Assembly (NCBI GenBank): GCA_947053455.1 | Contig: CAMRSV010000011.1 | Span: 1 to 27,236, forward strand | Direction: 5' to 3' | Origin: an uncultured Alphaproteobacteria bacterium | GTDB lineage: Bacteria; Pseudomonadota; Alphaproteobacteria; Rs-D84 | DNA length: 27,236 nt | Shown: positions 19,330-27,235 of the stretch, piece by piece | How positions within the stretch are numbered: position 1 is the first letter of the stretch | Layout of the letters: each line of letters opens with the position of its first letter | Program-made: the position numbers and the translations under genes | Notes under the pieces: model-generated | The model's database searches: none | The model's input: the letters and a program-made list of their open reading frames with translations, nothing else | Told to the model about the DNA's origin: nothing

Positions 19330-19380
19330 TAACTAGGTGATAGTTCCCGCTGTTACGGGAATTGGAAAAAAGGAAACGAA

Positions 19381-19737
19381 ATGTTAAAACATTTGTCTAC
19401 AGAAGAAAGACGCACGCTGGCCAATCGCGGTGCGCTGAAAAGAAAAAATCCTGGCAAGATTCGTCTGTCGGTTTTCCGTTCGGAACGCCATATTGAAATC
19501 CAGGCTATTGACGACAAACGCGGTCACACTGTATGTGCGGCGTCGTCCAAGGAAAAAGATTTCAAGGGCAATGGTTGGAATGTTGCTGGTGCCGAACTGG
19601 TTGGCAAGGCGTTTGCGGCGCGCGCGGTCAAGGCCGGCATCGCGGACAACTGTTATTTTGATCGCGGCGGTTATCGCTATCATGGCCGTGTAAAGGCACT
19701 GTGCGAGGCAATCCGCGCAGGCGGCGTTAGAATCTAA
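19381..19737 (+). CDS. rplR: 50S ribosomal protein L18
   Basis: [22 protein letters not shown]. Confidence 0.98.
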   Translation: MLKHLSTEERRTLANRGALKRKNPGKIRLSVFRSERHIEIQAIDDKRGHTVCAASSKEKDFKGNGWNVAGAELVGKAFAARAVKAGIADNCYFDRGGYRYHGRVKALCEAIRAGGVRI

Positions 19738-19757
19738 ATAATATACGGAGTTATATA

Positions 19758-20318
19758 ATGGCACGTTTTGATGATAAAAAGTTGCAGACGGATAACTTGG
19801 TGGACAAATTGGTTTCCATCAACCGCGTATCCAAAACTGTAAAGGGTGGACGTAATATGTCTTTCTCGGCCTTGGTTGTGGTCGGTGACAAAGCAGGTCG
19901 CGTCGGTTTCGGTAAAGGTAAGGCACTGGAAGTGCAATCAGCCGTTCAAAAGGCGACAAAGGCCGCCAAGGCAAAAATGATTCGCGTCCCGCTGAAAGAA
20001 GGTCGCACATTGCACCATGACGTTGATGCAAAATATGGCGCCAGCAAATTGGTTGTACGTAGCGCCGTTCCCGGTACTGGTATAATTGCCGGTGGTGCAT
20101 TGCGCGCAGTGTTTGAATGCTTGGGGGTTCAGGATGTTGTCGTTAAATCCCAGGGTTCGAACAATCCGAACAACATGATTCGTGCGGCATTTTTGGCGTT
20201 TGGCAAAATGAATTCGCCGAAAACTGTTGCGGCGCGTCGTGGCAAGACTGTTGCGGAAATCATTGCCGGTCGTGAAGGCAAGAAAGCTGATGCAGCCGAA
20301 GTCGCAGAAGACAAATAA
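19758..20318 (+). CDS. rpsE: 30S ribosomal protein S5
   Basis: [26 protein letters not shown]. Confidence 0.99.
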   Translation: MARFDDKKLQTDNLVDKLVSINRVSKTVKGGRNMSFSALVVVGDKAGRVGFGKGKALEVQSAVQKATKAAKAKMIRVPLKEGRTLHHDVDAKYGASKLVVRSAVPGTGIIAGGALRAVFECLGVQDVVVKSQGSNNPNNMIRAAFLAFGKMNSPKTVAARRGKTVAEIIAGREGKKADAAEVAEDK

Positions 20319-20350
20319 CGCATTGCGTTTAGAGATAACGGAGTAATAAA

Positions 20351-20527
20351 ATGGCAAAAATAGTTGTAAAGCAAGTTAAGAGCCTTATTGGCCGTCCGGA
20401 AGATCAGCGCAAGGTTATAAAGGCTTTGGGATTGGGACGCATTGGTAAGACCAAGGAATTAACTGACACGCCATCTGTTCGTGGAATGGTGGCAAAGGTT
20501 TCCCATCTGGTTGAAGTTGTGGAATAA
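20351..20527 (+). CDS. rpmD: 50S ribosomal protein L30 (below the ORF-track length cutoff)
   Basis: Hand translation [58 protein letters not shown]; GGAG RBS; lies between rpsE and rplO. Confidence 0.97.
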   Translation: MAKIVVKQVKSLIGRPEDQRKVIKALGLGRIGKTKELTDTPSVRGMVAKVSHLVEVVE

Positions 20528-20608
20528 TAATTAAACCGAGTACGCGCCAACTTGTGTGCGTGCGAAAAGAGACTATATAATATAGTCATAGGACGAAAGG
20601 AAAATATT

Positions 20609-20680
20609 ATGAAACCGAGCGTAGCGAAGGTTTCATTTGAAGTCCAGAGTCCTAATCAGGAAAAAGGAAAAATAAAATGA
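20609..20680 (+). CDS. candidate 23-aa small ORF MKPSVAKVSFEVQSPNQEKGKIK
   Basis: AAAGGAAAATATT-ATG RBS like its neighbours; TGA stop overlaps the rplO start (ATGA). Confidence 0.25.
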   Translation: MKPSVAKVSFEVQSPNQEKGKIK

Positions 20681-21135
20681 AATTAAATGCACTGATGGAC
20701 AATTACGGCGCGCGCGCAGATGTAAAACGTGTTGGTCGTGGTATCGGGTCTGGTATGGGTAAAACATCCGGCCGTGGAAACAAGGGGCAGAAGTCGCGTA
20801 GCGGATCACGCAAACAGGCGACATTCCAGGGAGGTCAGATGCCGATTTTGCGTCGTTTCCCGAAATTTGGTTTTAACAATCCGTTCGCGAAACAGTACGT
20901 TACAATAAATCTGGGCGATATTGAAAAATTTATTGCATCGGGCAAGATTGATGCCAAATCACCGATTACAATTGATTCCCTGTTGGCGGCAAAAATCATC
21001 AACCGCAAAATGTCCGGTTTGAAAGTTTTGGCTAAGGGCGAAATCAAAACCGCGGTTAACATTGTTGCCGAAAAATGGTCTAAATCGGCGGAAAGCGCGA
21101 TTGTAAAGGCCGGCGGTTCAATCAAAAACAAATAA
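20677..21135 (+). CDS. rplO: 50S ribosomal protein L15
   Basis: RVGRGIGSG.GKTSGRG.KGQKSRSG, GGQMP..RR.PK.GF. Confidence 0.99.
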   Translation: MKLNALMDNYGARADVKRVGRGIGSGMGKTSGRGNKGQKSRSGSRKQATFQGGQMPILRRFPKFGFNNPFAKQYVTINLGDIEKFIASGKIDAKSPITIDSLLAAKIINRKMSGLKVLAKGEIKTAVNIVAEKWSKSAESAIVKAGGSIKNK

Positions 21136-21194
21136 TATGCGACCGAATGCATCCGGTTTTGGATGCATTCAGTTGCCAACATTCTGTAATACGC

Positions 21195-22514
21195 ATGAAA
21201 TTCATAAAAAAATTTTTTGGAAATATGACCGATTTGCAAAAGCGTATCATGTTCACGCTTGGGGCTTTGATTGTATATCGTATCGGTTCTTTTATTCCGT
21301 TGCCGGGTGTTAATGCATCGGCCGTTTTGCATTTGTTTAGCGGTGAAGGCAGCGGTATGATGGGCATGTTTGATATGTTTTCGGGCGGTTCGCTTTCGCG
21401 CATGTCGGTGTTGGCGTTAAATATATTCCCTTATATTTCCGCATCGATTGTATTACAGTTGTTGACGGCAACCAGCAAATCTTTGAACGAACTGCGCAAG
21501 GAAGGCGAGTCTGGTCGTGTTAAAATCAATCAGTATACGCGTTACCTGGCGGTATTTTTGGCGGTAGTTCAAGGGTGGGCCGTTGTACGCGGTTTGGAAT
21601 CAATGGCACCGGTGAACGGTGTTGCCGCGGTGGTAAATCCGGGTTTTGCATTTGAATTGTCCGCGATTATCGCGCTGGTTGGTGGAACCGTATTTGTAAT
21701 GTGGTTGGCCGAGCAAATCACCGCGCGCGGTTTGGGACAGGGCGCATCTCTTCTTATCTTTGCCGGAATTATTGCACAGATACCAAGTGGTGTGGCGCAG
21801 TTATTCTCGCTGGGCTCTGTTGGTCAGGTCTCGCCGGCAATGATTGCGTTGGTCGTCGCATTTGTTATCGGTATTATCGCATTAATTGCGTTCTTTGAAC
21901 AGGCACAACGTCGTATTCAAATTCTTTATCCGCGCCAGGTTATGGCAAATGGTGTAATGAACACAAATGCGTCATATCTGCCGTTGAAGATTAACATGTC
22001 GGGCGTTATGGGGCCGGTGTTTGCGGCAAGTATAATGATGCTGCCGGCGTTTGTTCAACGCTTTGTACAAAGCGAGAACTTGTTCGTTCAGAATGTGATA
22101 GGTTTCTTTTCGCCCGGAACATGGTCGTATATCGCATTATATACCGTATTAATTGCGTTTTTTGCGTATTTTCAAACCGCGGTTATATTTAATTCCGAAG
22201 AAACCAGTACAAATTTAAAGAATGCCGGCGGCTATATTCCGGGTGTTCGTCCTGGGGAACAGACAATTCATTACTTGGATTCTGTTGTATCACGCACCAC
22301 GGCGATAGGTGTTGCATACCTGGTGGTGGTTTGTGTGTTGCCGATTATTCTAAATACGCATTTTGGGATGCCGCTGGCTATTGGTGGGACAAGCGTTCTG
22401 ATTGTGGCTGGTGTTGTACTGGACACAATGACCCAGGCGCAATCGTATCTGGTTGCGAAACAATATGGCGGCGTTGTCGCCAAGACACCAAAGAAGGGGC
22501 GTTTCCGCGGTTAG
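21195..22514 (+). CDS. secY: preprotein translocase subunit SecY
   Basis: YRIGSFIPLPG, PYISASI, YLPLKIN, GGYIPGVRPG, GGTSVLI; start uncertain (21195 or 21225). Confidence 0.97.
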   Translation: MKFIKKFFGNMTDLQKRIMFTLGALIVYRIGSFIPLPGVNASAVLHLFSGEGSGMMGMFDMFSGGSLSRMSVLALNIFPYISASIVLQLLTATSKSLNELRKEGESGRVKINQYTRYLAVFLAVVQGWAVVRGLESMAPVNGVAAVVNPGFAFELSAIIALVGGTVFVMWLAEQITARGLGQGASLLIFAGIIAQIPSGVAQLFSLGSVGQVSPAMIALVVAFVIGIIALIAFFEQAQRRIQILYPRQVMANGVMNTNASYLPLKINMSGVMGPVFAASIMMLPAFVQRFVQSENLFVQNVIGFFSPGTWSYIALYTVLIAFFAYFQTAVIFNSEETSTNLKNAGGYIPGVRPGEQTIHYLDSVVSRTTAIGVAYLVVVCVLPIILNTHFGMPLAIGGTSVLIVAGVVLDTMTQAQSYLVAKQYGGVVAKTPKKGRFRG

Positions 22515-22548
22515 TCTTGATAGTTAATCGCGAAAGGCAAAACAAGAT

Positions 22549-22576
22549 TTGACTTTTGTCGCATTTAGTATAAAAT
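22549..22576 (+). promoter_or_regulatory. sigma70-like promoter for rpsM-rpsK
   Basis: TTGACT-16 bp-TAAAAT, followed by a leader hairpin CCCGGAAATCTG-acgg-CAGATTTTTGGG. Confidence 0.6.
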
Positions 22577-22678
22577 TATGCGGCAGAATAAAATACCCCG
22601 GAAATCTGACGGCAGATTTTTGGGACAAACATCGGGCGCAGGAAATGCGAACGCAGTAAATAAAAAGGAAAGTAAAAG

Positions 22679-23056
22679 ATGGCACGTATAGCAGGTGTTA
22701 ACATTCCGACGGAAAAACGCATTGAAATCGCGTTGCAATATATTCACGGTATCGGGCCGGCCAAAGCCGCCCAGATTTGTGAAGCCCTGAAATTAAAAGA
22801 CGGGTTGCGCGCGAAGGATTTGACGGACGCGGATGTTGTTAAAATTTCGAACTATATTGAACAGAATTTCAAGGTGGAAGGTGATGTCCGCCGCGAGGTT
22901 GCGATGAATATCAAACGTCTTCAGGATTTGAAGGCATATCGTGGTATTCGTCACCGCAATCGTTTGCCGGTTCGCGGTCAGCGTACCCAGACCAACGCCC
23001 GTACCCGCAAGGGAAAGCGAGTTGTTGTTGCGGGTTCCGCCACAAAGGGTAAATAA
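22679..23056 (+). CDS. rpsM: 30S ribosomal protein S13
   Basis: [16 protein letters not shown]...[16 protein letters not shown]. Confidence 0.99.
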   Translation: MARIAGVNIPTEKRIEIALQYIHGIGPAKAAQICEALKLKDGLRAKDLTDADVVKISNYIEQNFKVEGDVRREVAMNIKRLQDLKAYRGIRHRNRLPVRGQRTQTNARTRKGKRVVVAGSATKGK

Positions 23057-23225
23057 ATTTTGTAAATGTGCGCATCTGGTTGTTGTTGGCGCGCTTATGT
23101 AGCATTTGTACACTACGCTTGCCAACAACGTCGCATCTGTGGACATTTACATAAATTTATAATAAAAAACAAGGGTAGAGATTAACACGATAGTTAATTG
23201 AAGACATCTAAAAAAGGTTAAAATA

Positions 23226-23609
23226 ATGGCTGTTACAAAAGCAAAAAAGAAAGTTGTAAAGAAAGTATCGCACGGCATTGCGCATGTTGTTGCGACAAAC
23301 AATAATACACGTATCACAATCACGGATCAGTCGGGTGCGGTTTTGACATGGGCGACGGCTGGTGCGAATAATTTTAAGGGTGCAAAGAAATCCACCCCGT
23401 ATGCCGCAACGATTGTTGCAGATGCCGTCGGCAAAAAAGTTGCGGAAATGGGTATGAAAACTGTTGATGTTTTGATGCGTGGTATTGGTCAGGGTCGTGA
23501 ATCCGCCGTACGTGGTTTGGCAAATGCCGGCCTGATTGTACAGTCCATTACGGATACCACACGTGTTCCGCACAATGGTTGCCGCCCAAAGAAAGTGCGT
23601 CGCGTGTAA
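23226..23609 (+). CDS. rpsK: 30S ribosomal protein S11
   Basis: NNTRITITD, KKSTPYAA, PHNGCRP. Confidence 0.99.
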   Translation: MAVTKAKKKVVKKVSHGIAHVVATNNNTRITITDQSGAVLTWATAGANNFKGAKKSTPYAATIVADAVGKKVAEMGMKTVDVLMRGIGQGRESAVRGLANAGLIVQSITDTTRVPHNGCRPKKVRRV

Positions 23610-23624
23610 TATTGTTGCGATTAT

Positions 23625-23650
23625 ATAAATCCGCCGTATGGCGGATTTAT
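23625..23650 (+). terminator. terminator-like hairpin after rpsK
   Basis: ATAAATCCGCC-gtat-GGCGGATTTAT perfect inverted repeat. Confidence 0.65.
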
Positions 23651-23755
23651 GCTTATTGGTCGTATATCAAAAAATTATATGCTATGAAATATATAAAATC
23701 CCTGTTGTTTTTCAGGAAACTGCCCGATTTTTTCGCATAATTTTTGAAGTTTCAT

Positions 23756-23784
23756 TTGACTTTTTGTATGTTGTGATATACAAT
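23756..23784 (+). promoter_or_regulatory. sigma70 promoter for rpoA
   Basis: TTGACT (23756-61)-17 bp-TACAAT (23779-84). Confidence 0.75.
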
Positions 23785-23856
23785 CTTCACGCGCGCATGA
23801 GTTGTGTCGCGTGCCTTAATTGGTGAAAATAATAAACTAAGCCGAAAGGATAATTC

Positions 23857-24885
23857 ATGATTGAAAAAAACTGGATGACTTTGATTAAGCCGAAAAAGCT
23901 GAATATCAAGGTTGATGAAAAGAATTCAAATATTGCAACATTGGTTGCCGAACCTTTGGAAAAGGGATATGGGCTGACCCTGGGTACTGCGCTGCGTCGC
24001 GTGTTGCTTTCATCGCTGCAGGGGTGCGCACCGATTTATATTAAAATTGATGGTGTTCAACATGAATTTTCTAGCATTGCCGGCGTTCGTGAAGATGTCA
24101 CCGATATTATTCTGAATTTAAAGGGCGTTTACTTCAAGGCTATTAACGAAGGTCAGCACAAGGCTTATCTGAAAGTAAAAGGTCCGGCCGTTGTTACCGC
24201 AGGCATGATTGAAACTGCCGGCGGGGTAGAGGTTATGAACAAAGACGTCGAAATCTGCACATTGGATAAAGACGCAAATCTGGATATGGAAATTACATTG
24301 TCAACGGGGCGCGGTTATGTGCCGGCGTCTGCGCATGCCGATGGACTGCCGCTGGGGGTTATTCCGGTTGATTCCATATTCTCGCCCATTTTGAATGTGG
24401 CCAGTGCCGTTTCTGAAACACGCGTGGGTCAATCAACGGACTACGACAAACTGGAATTGACGGTCAAGACAAATGGCGCCATTAATCCAGAAGATGCAAT
24501 TGCCTTGGCAGCGCGCATCTTGACGGATCAGTTGGTTGTCTTTATCAATTTTGAAGATCCAACACAGACAAATGTTCCGACCGAAGAAGAAAAGGCCAAG
24601 GATGCATTGCCGTTTGACCCGAAATTGTTGAAGCATGTTGATGAACTGGAACTGTCGGTTCGTGCGAACAATTGCCTGAAAAATGATAAAATAAACTGGC
24701 TGGGCGAACTGGTTCAAAAGACCGAGGCAGACATGCTGAAAACCCCGAACTTTGGTCGCAAATCTTTGAACGAGATAAAGGTTCAATTGGAAGCGATGGG
24801 GCTGGGATTGGGTATGGATGTCCCGGGGTGGCCGCCGGAAAATATCGCCGAACTGGCCAAGAAATACGAAGATCCTTATAAATAA
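23857..24885 (+). CDS. rpoA: RNA polymerase alpha subunit
   Basis: [51 protein letters not shown]. Confidence 0.99.
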   Translation: MIEKNWMTLIKPKKLNIKVDEKNSNIATLVAEPLEKGYGLTLGTALRRVLLSSLQGCAPIYIKIDGVQHEFSSIAGVREDVTDIILNLKGVYFKAINEGQHKAYLKVKGPAVVTAGMIETAGGVEVMNKDVEICTLDKDANLDMEITLSTGRGYVPASAHADGLPLGVIPVDSIFSPILNVASAVSETRVGQSTDYDKLELTVKTNGAINPEDAIALAARILTDQLVVFINFEDPTQTNVPTEEEKAKDALPFDPKLLKHVDELELSVRANNCLKNDKINWLGELVQKTEADMLKTPNFGRKSLNEIKVQLEAMGLGLGMDVPGWPPENIAELAKKYEDPYK

Positions 24886-24984
24886 TTAAATTGTGTGGAT
24901 GCTTGTGCGATTGTCGGTTCTTTTGTAGATTAAATACATTATGAACCGTCAATTGCTTCTAATAATTTCATATAATTTAATTTC

Positions 24985-25012
24985 TTGCACTTTGTGGGAA
25001 ATTTGTTAGGAT
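24985..25012 (+). promoter_or_regulatory. possible promoter for rplQ
   Basis: TTGCAC-16 bp-TAGGAT with TG extension and AT-rich upstream tract. Confidence 0.45.
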
Positions 25013-25107
25013 TGAAAACAATTAACACACGATTCTGAAAGAATTTTTAGGTCGTGGCGTCTCAAAAAATCCCCATGCTATGGGGCGGAAACAAAAAGGA
25101 GTAATCA

Positions 25108-25671
25108 ATGAGACACGCAAAAGCAGGTCGCACTTTTAATCGTGACACAAATGCACGCAAGGCTTTGTTTGTAGGTTTGGCAAAGAACTTGATTGAAAAA
25201 GAACAGATTAAAACCACATTGCCAAAGGCAAAAGATTTGCGCAGTGTCGTTGAAAAACTGATTACACGTGCCAAGGTTGATACAGTTGCAAATCGTCGTT
25301 TGACGGCGTCTGAACTGGGCAACAGCAGCAATGAGACTGTAAAAAAATTGTTTACAGTTTTGGGACCGCGTTATGCAAATCGTCCGGGCGGCTATACACG
25401 TGTATTAAAGGCAGGTTTCCGTTATGGTGATGCTGCGCCAATGGCGATTATTGAATTGGTTGATCGCGATGTAAATGCGAAAAAGGCAAAAACTGTTGCC
25501 GCAGATGCTGATAAAGCCGTTGCAACAGATGCAGAAAAAGCAACCGCAGAAAAGGCGCCAAAGGCAGCTAAAGCTGCAGCGCCAAAGGTCACAAAAGATG
25601 CACCAAAATCTGCAAAGGCGACAACTGCGAAAAAAGAAGTTGCGGTAAAGCGTCGCGCAACTGGTAAATAA
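25108..25671 (+). CDS. rplQ: 50S ribosomal protein L17 with Ala/Lys-rich C-terminal extension
   Basis: [33 protein letters not shown], then a ~65-aa low-complexity tail. Confidence 0.98.
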   Translation: MRHAKAGRTFNRDTNARKALFVGLAKNLIEKEQIKTTLPKAKDLRSVVEKLITRAKVDTVANRRLTASELGNSSNETVKKLFTVLGPRYANRPGGYTRVLKAGFRYGDAAPMAIIELVDRDVNAKKAKTVAADADKAVATDAEKATAEKAPKAAKAAAPKVTKDAPKSAKATTAKKEVAVKRRATGK

Positions 25672-25698
25672 ATCGTGTGATTTATTGAATTATAAATT

Positions 25699-25723
25699 AA
25701 ACGCCCCGAATGGGGCGTTTTTT
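25699..25723 (+). terminator. intrinsic terminator after rplQ
   Basis: AAACGCCCC-gaat-GGGGCGTTT-TTT. Confidence 0.8.
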
Positions 25724-25846
25724 ATGTATGTAATTTTTATTTATTATTTAAATTATAGTATATAAAAAATGTTTATCGTTGCGCAGTCGGATGTGAATAC
25801 TTTACGTACACGATTTAAATATTATCTATGTATATAACTTCTTTAT

Positions 25847-25877
25847 AAAATTAAAACCGCCCATGGTGGGGCGGTTT
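25847..25877 (-). terminator. intrinsic terminator after the Cys-rich hypothetical gene
   Basis: AAACCGCCC-atggtg-GGGCGGTTT with an A-rich flank (U-tract on -). Confidence 0.7.
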
Positions 25878-25882
25878 GCTTT

Positions 25883-27235
25883 TTACATCTTTATTGCGTT
25901 TGATGTAACCACCGGTTCGGCAAACTTTTTACACGAAATGCCTTGGAATTTTTCTGTGGTTATTGTCACTCTCTTTATTTTTCTTCCAGATACCTGCAGG
26001 TCATTAAAGCCCAATTGTGCGGTTCCGAAATATCCGTCTGAATATCCCTTGGCTTTTCCAATATACATGTTGTCTGTTGTTTTTACTTGTTCTGTTTCAT
26101 CACAGTTTATTGTAGTTGTTGTTAATGTGCATGAGTTGGTTTGTGGCGAGTATGATGATGAAACCTCTACACGCCCAAGCATATTGCCAAATTGGTCAGT
26201 CTGAATAAATTCGCCACGTCCCAGAGTTGCTGCTTTTGTTTGTGCTTCAATTGTTGCGCCATCAATTGTTTGACGTACGGTGTATAAGTCGCCATTACTG
26301 CTTATACCTGCCGTGCTAGTGCCGAACATATTTGAGAACGGATTTGCTTCTTTATAGCCACCGGTACAATTGCCTTCCTTGTCTTCTTCAATACATTCCA
26401 TAAGGCTGCCTGGATTCATGGCCATGGCGGCACATAGCGCTGATTTCAGCTGATCGTTTTGCTCTTCGATTGCCTCTGCCACCATCTTATTATATTTTTG
26501 TGAATAATTTCTGCTTGCTTGTTCCAATCCAGAATTCATAATCGCCATTATTGATGCATCCAGCAAGTGCGGGAAACGTCCGGTTGTTTGTTGCCGAGTA
26601 GTTTTTGCGGATGTGATACGCGTCAAGTTGCGCCCGTTTACGCACATTGATATTTGAGGGTCATTTGTCAGAATTGCAATTTTCTGGTTTATTTTATTGG
26701 CGGTTGACTGCAATGCGGCAACAACGCGTGCGGCTGCTGCATCTTTTGTCTTTAAATTATCCTCATAATCATTTATATCAATCTTGTAATTGCTTAAATT
26801 CACCTCGGTATAGTCGCTGTTATTGTTGTCATCATCGTCACTACTTTCGGATGAAGAAGCTGTTTTCTGCTTTACTTTTACATTTCCAAATGAAATCAGC
26901 CCTTCTATTATAAAGTCGCCGTTGCTGTTTTGATAACTTACCAGGCTTTCCGTTCCAATCAAATTGTCGTCTTCAAACGCCAACTCGCATGATTGCGTGT
27001 CGCCGCATAAATCAAGCATTTTTTGTGTCACGATTGATTGGCATTGCGTTAACATTGCGTTGTCCAACCCCAGGTAAATTCCTTGAATAATATCATCTAT
27101 TTCGGACATACTTTTTGTTACGCCGTTTTCTTGACATGCAACTAATTTATCGACAGGGCACATATTAGAAACAGCTTCTAAATCCAAGCCGATACATTGG
27201 TTATAATCCTTACCGCAGCGATCATCGGATTGGAG
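25883..27235 (-). CDS. large Cys-rich hypothetical protein, 5'-truncated by the window edge
   Basis: Frame stays open to the window end (LQSDDRCGKDYNQCIG-LDLEAV...), at least 450 codons, scattered Cys, low-complexity SSSESSDDDDNNN insert; no family recognised. Confidence 0.8.
   Translation of the reverse strand, partial: LQSDDRCGKDYNQCIGLDLEAVSNMCPVDKLVACQENGVTKSMSEIDDIIQGIYLGLDNAMLTQCQSIVTQKMLDLCGDTQSCELAFEDDNLIGTESLVSYQNSNGDFIIEGLISFGNVKVKQKTASSSESSDDDDNNNSDYTEVNLSNYKIDINDYEDNLKTKDAAAARVVAALQSTANKINQKIAILTNDPQISMCVNGRNLTRITSAKTTRQQTTGRFPHLLDASIMAIMNSGLEQASRNYSQKYNKMVAEAIEEQNDQLKSALCAAMAMNPGSLMECIEEDKEGNCTGGYKEANPFSNMFGTSTAGISSNGDLYTVRQTIDGATIEAQTKAATLGRGEFIQTDQFGNMLGRVEVSSSYSPQTNSCTLTTTTINCDETEQVKTTDNMYIGKAKGYSDGYFGTAQLGFNDLQVSGRKIKRVTITTEKFQGISCKKFAEPVVTSNAIKM

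Noticed and set aside
20571-20660. GGACGAAA and GTCC stems suggested a hammerhead ribozyme
   Set aside because: The CUGAUGA core is absent and the stem order does not fit.
11149-21194. Extended N-termini from the ORF track for rplC (11149), rplD (11935), rpmC (15904) and secY (21147)
   Set aside because: The upstream starts lack an RBS and mostly fall within intergenic hairpins; downstream ATGs match homologue starts, with an AAGG site except for secY.
23638-23826. 62-aa ORF between rpsK and rpoA
   Set aside because: It starts inside the terminator hairpin, has no RBS and runs over the rpoA promoter.
22679-24885. Absence of rpsD and rpmJ from the alpha cluster
   Set aside because: Normal for Alphaproteobacteria; used only as a taxonomic clue.
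6022-25331. Many long antisense and alternate-frame ORFs (e.g. 6321-6947, 8748-9515, 9989-10645, 15493-16089, 17801-18400)
   Set aside because: Shadow ORFs of conserved, codon-biased genes, with no recognisable motifs.
214-27235. No TGA stop among 35 confident CDSs (32 TAA, 3 TAG): possible TGA reassignment
   Set aside because: All genes translate full length in code 11 with no in-frame TGA, and highly expressed genes favour TAA. It cannot be supported from this window.
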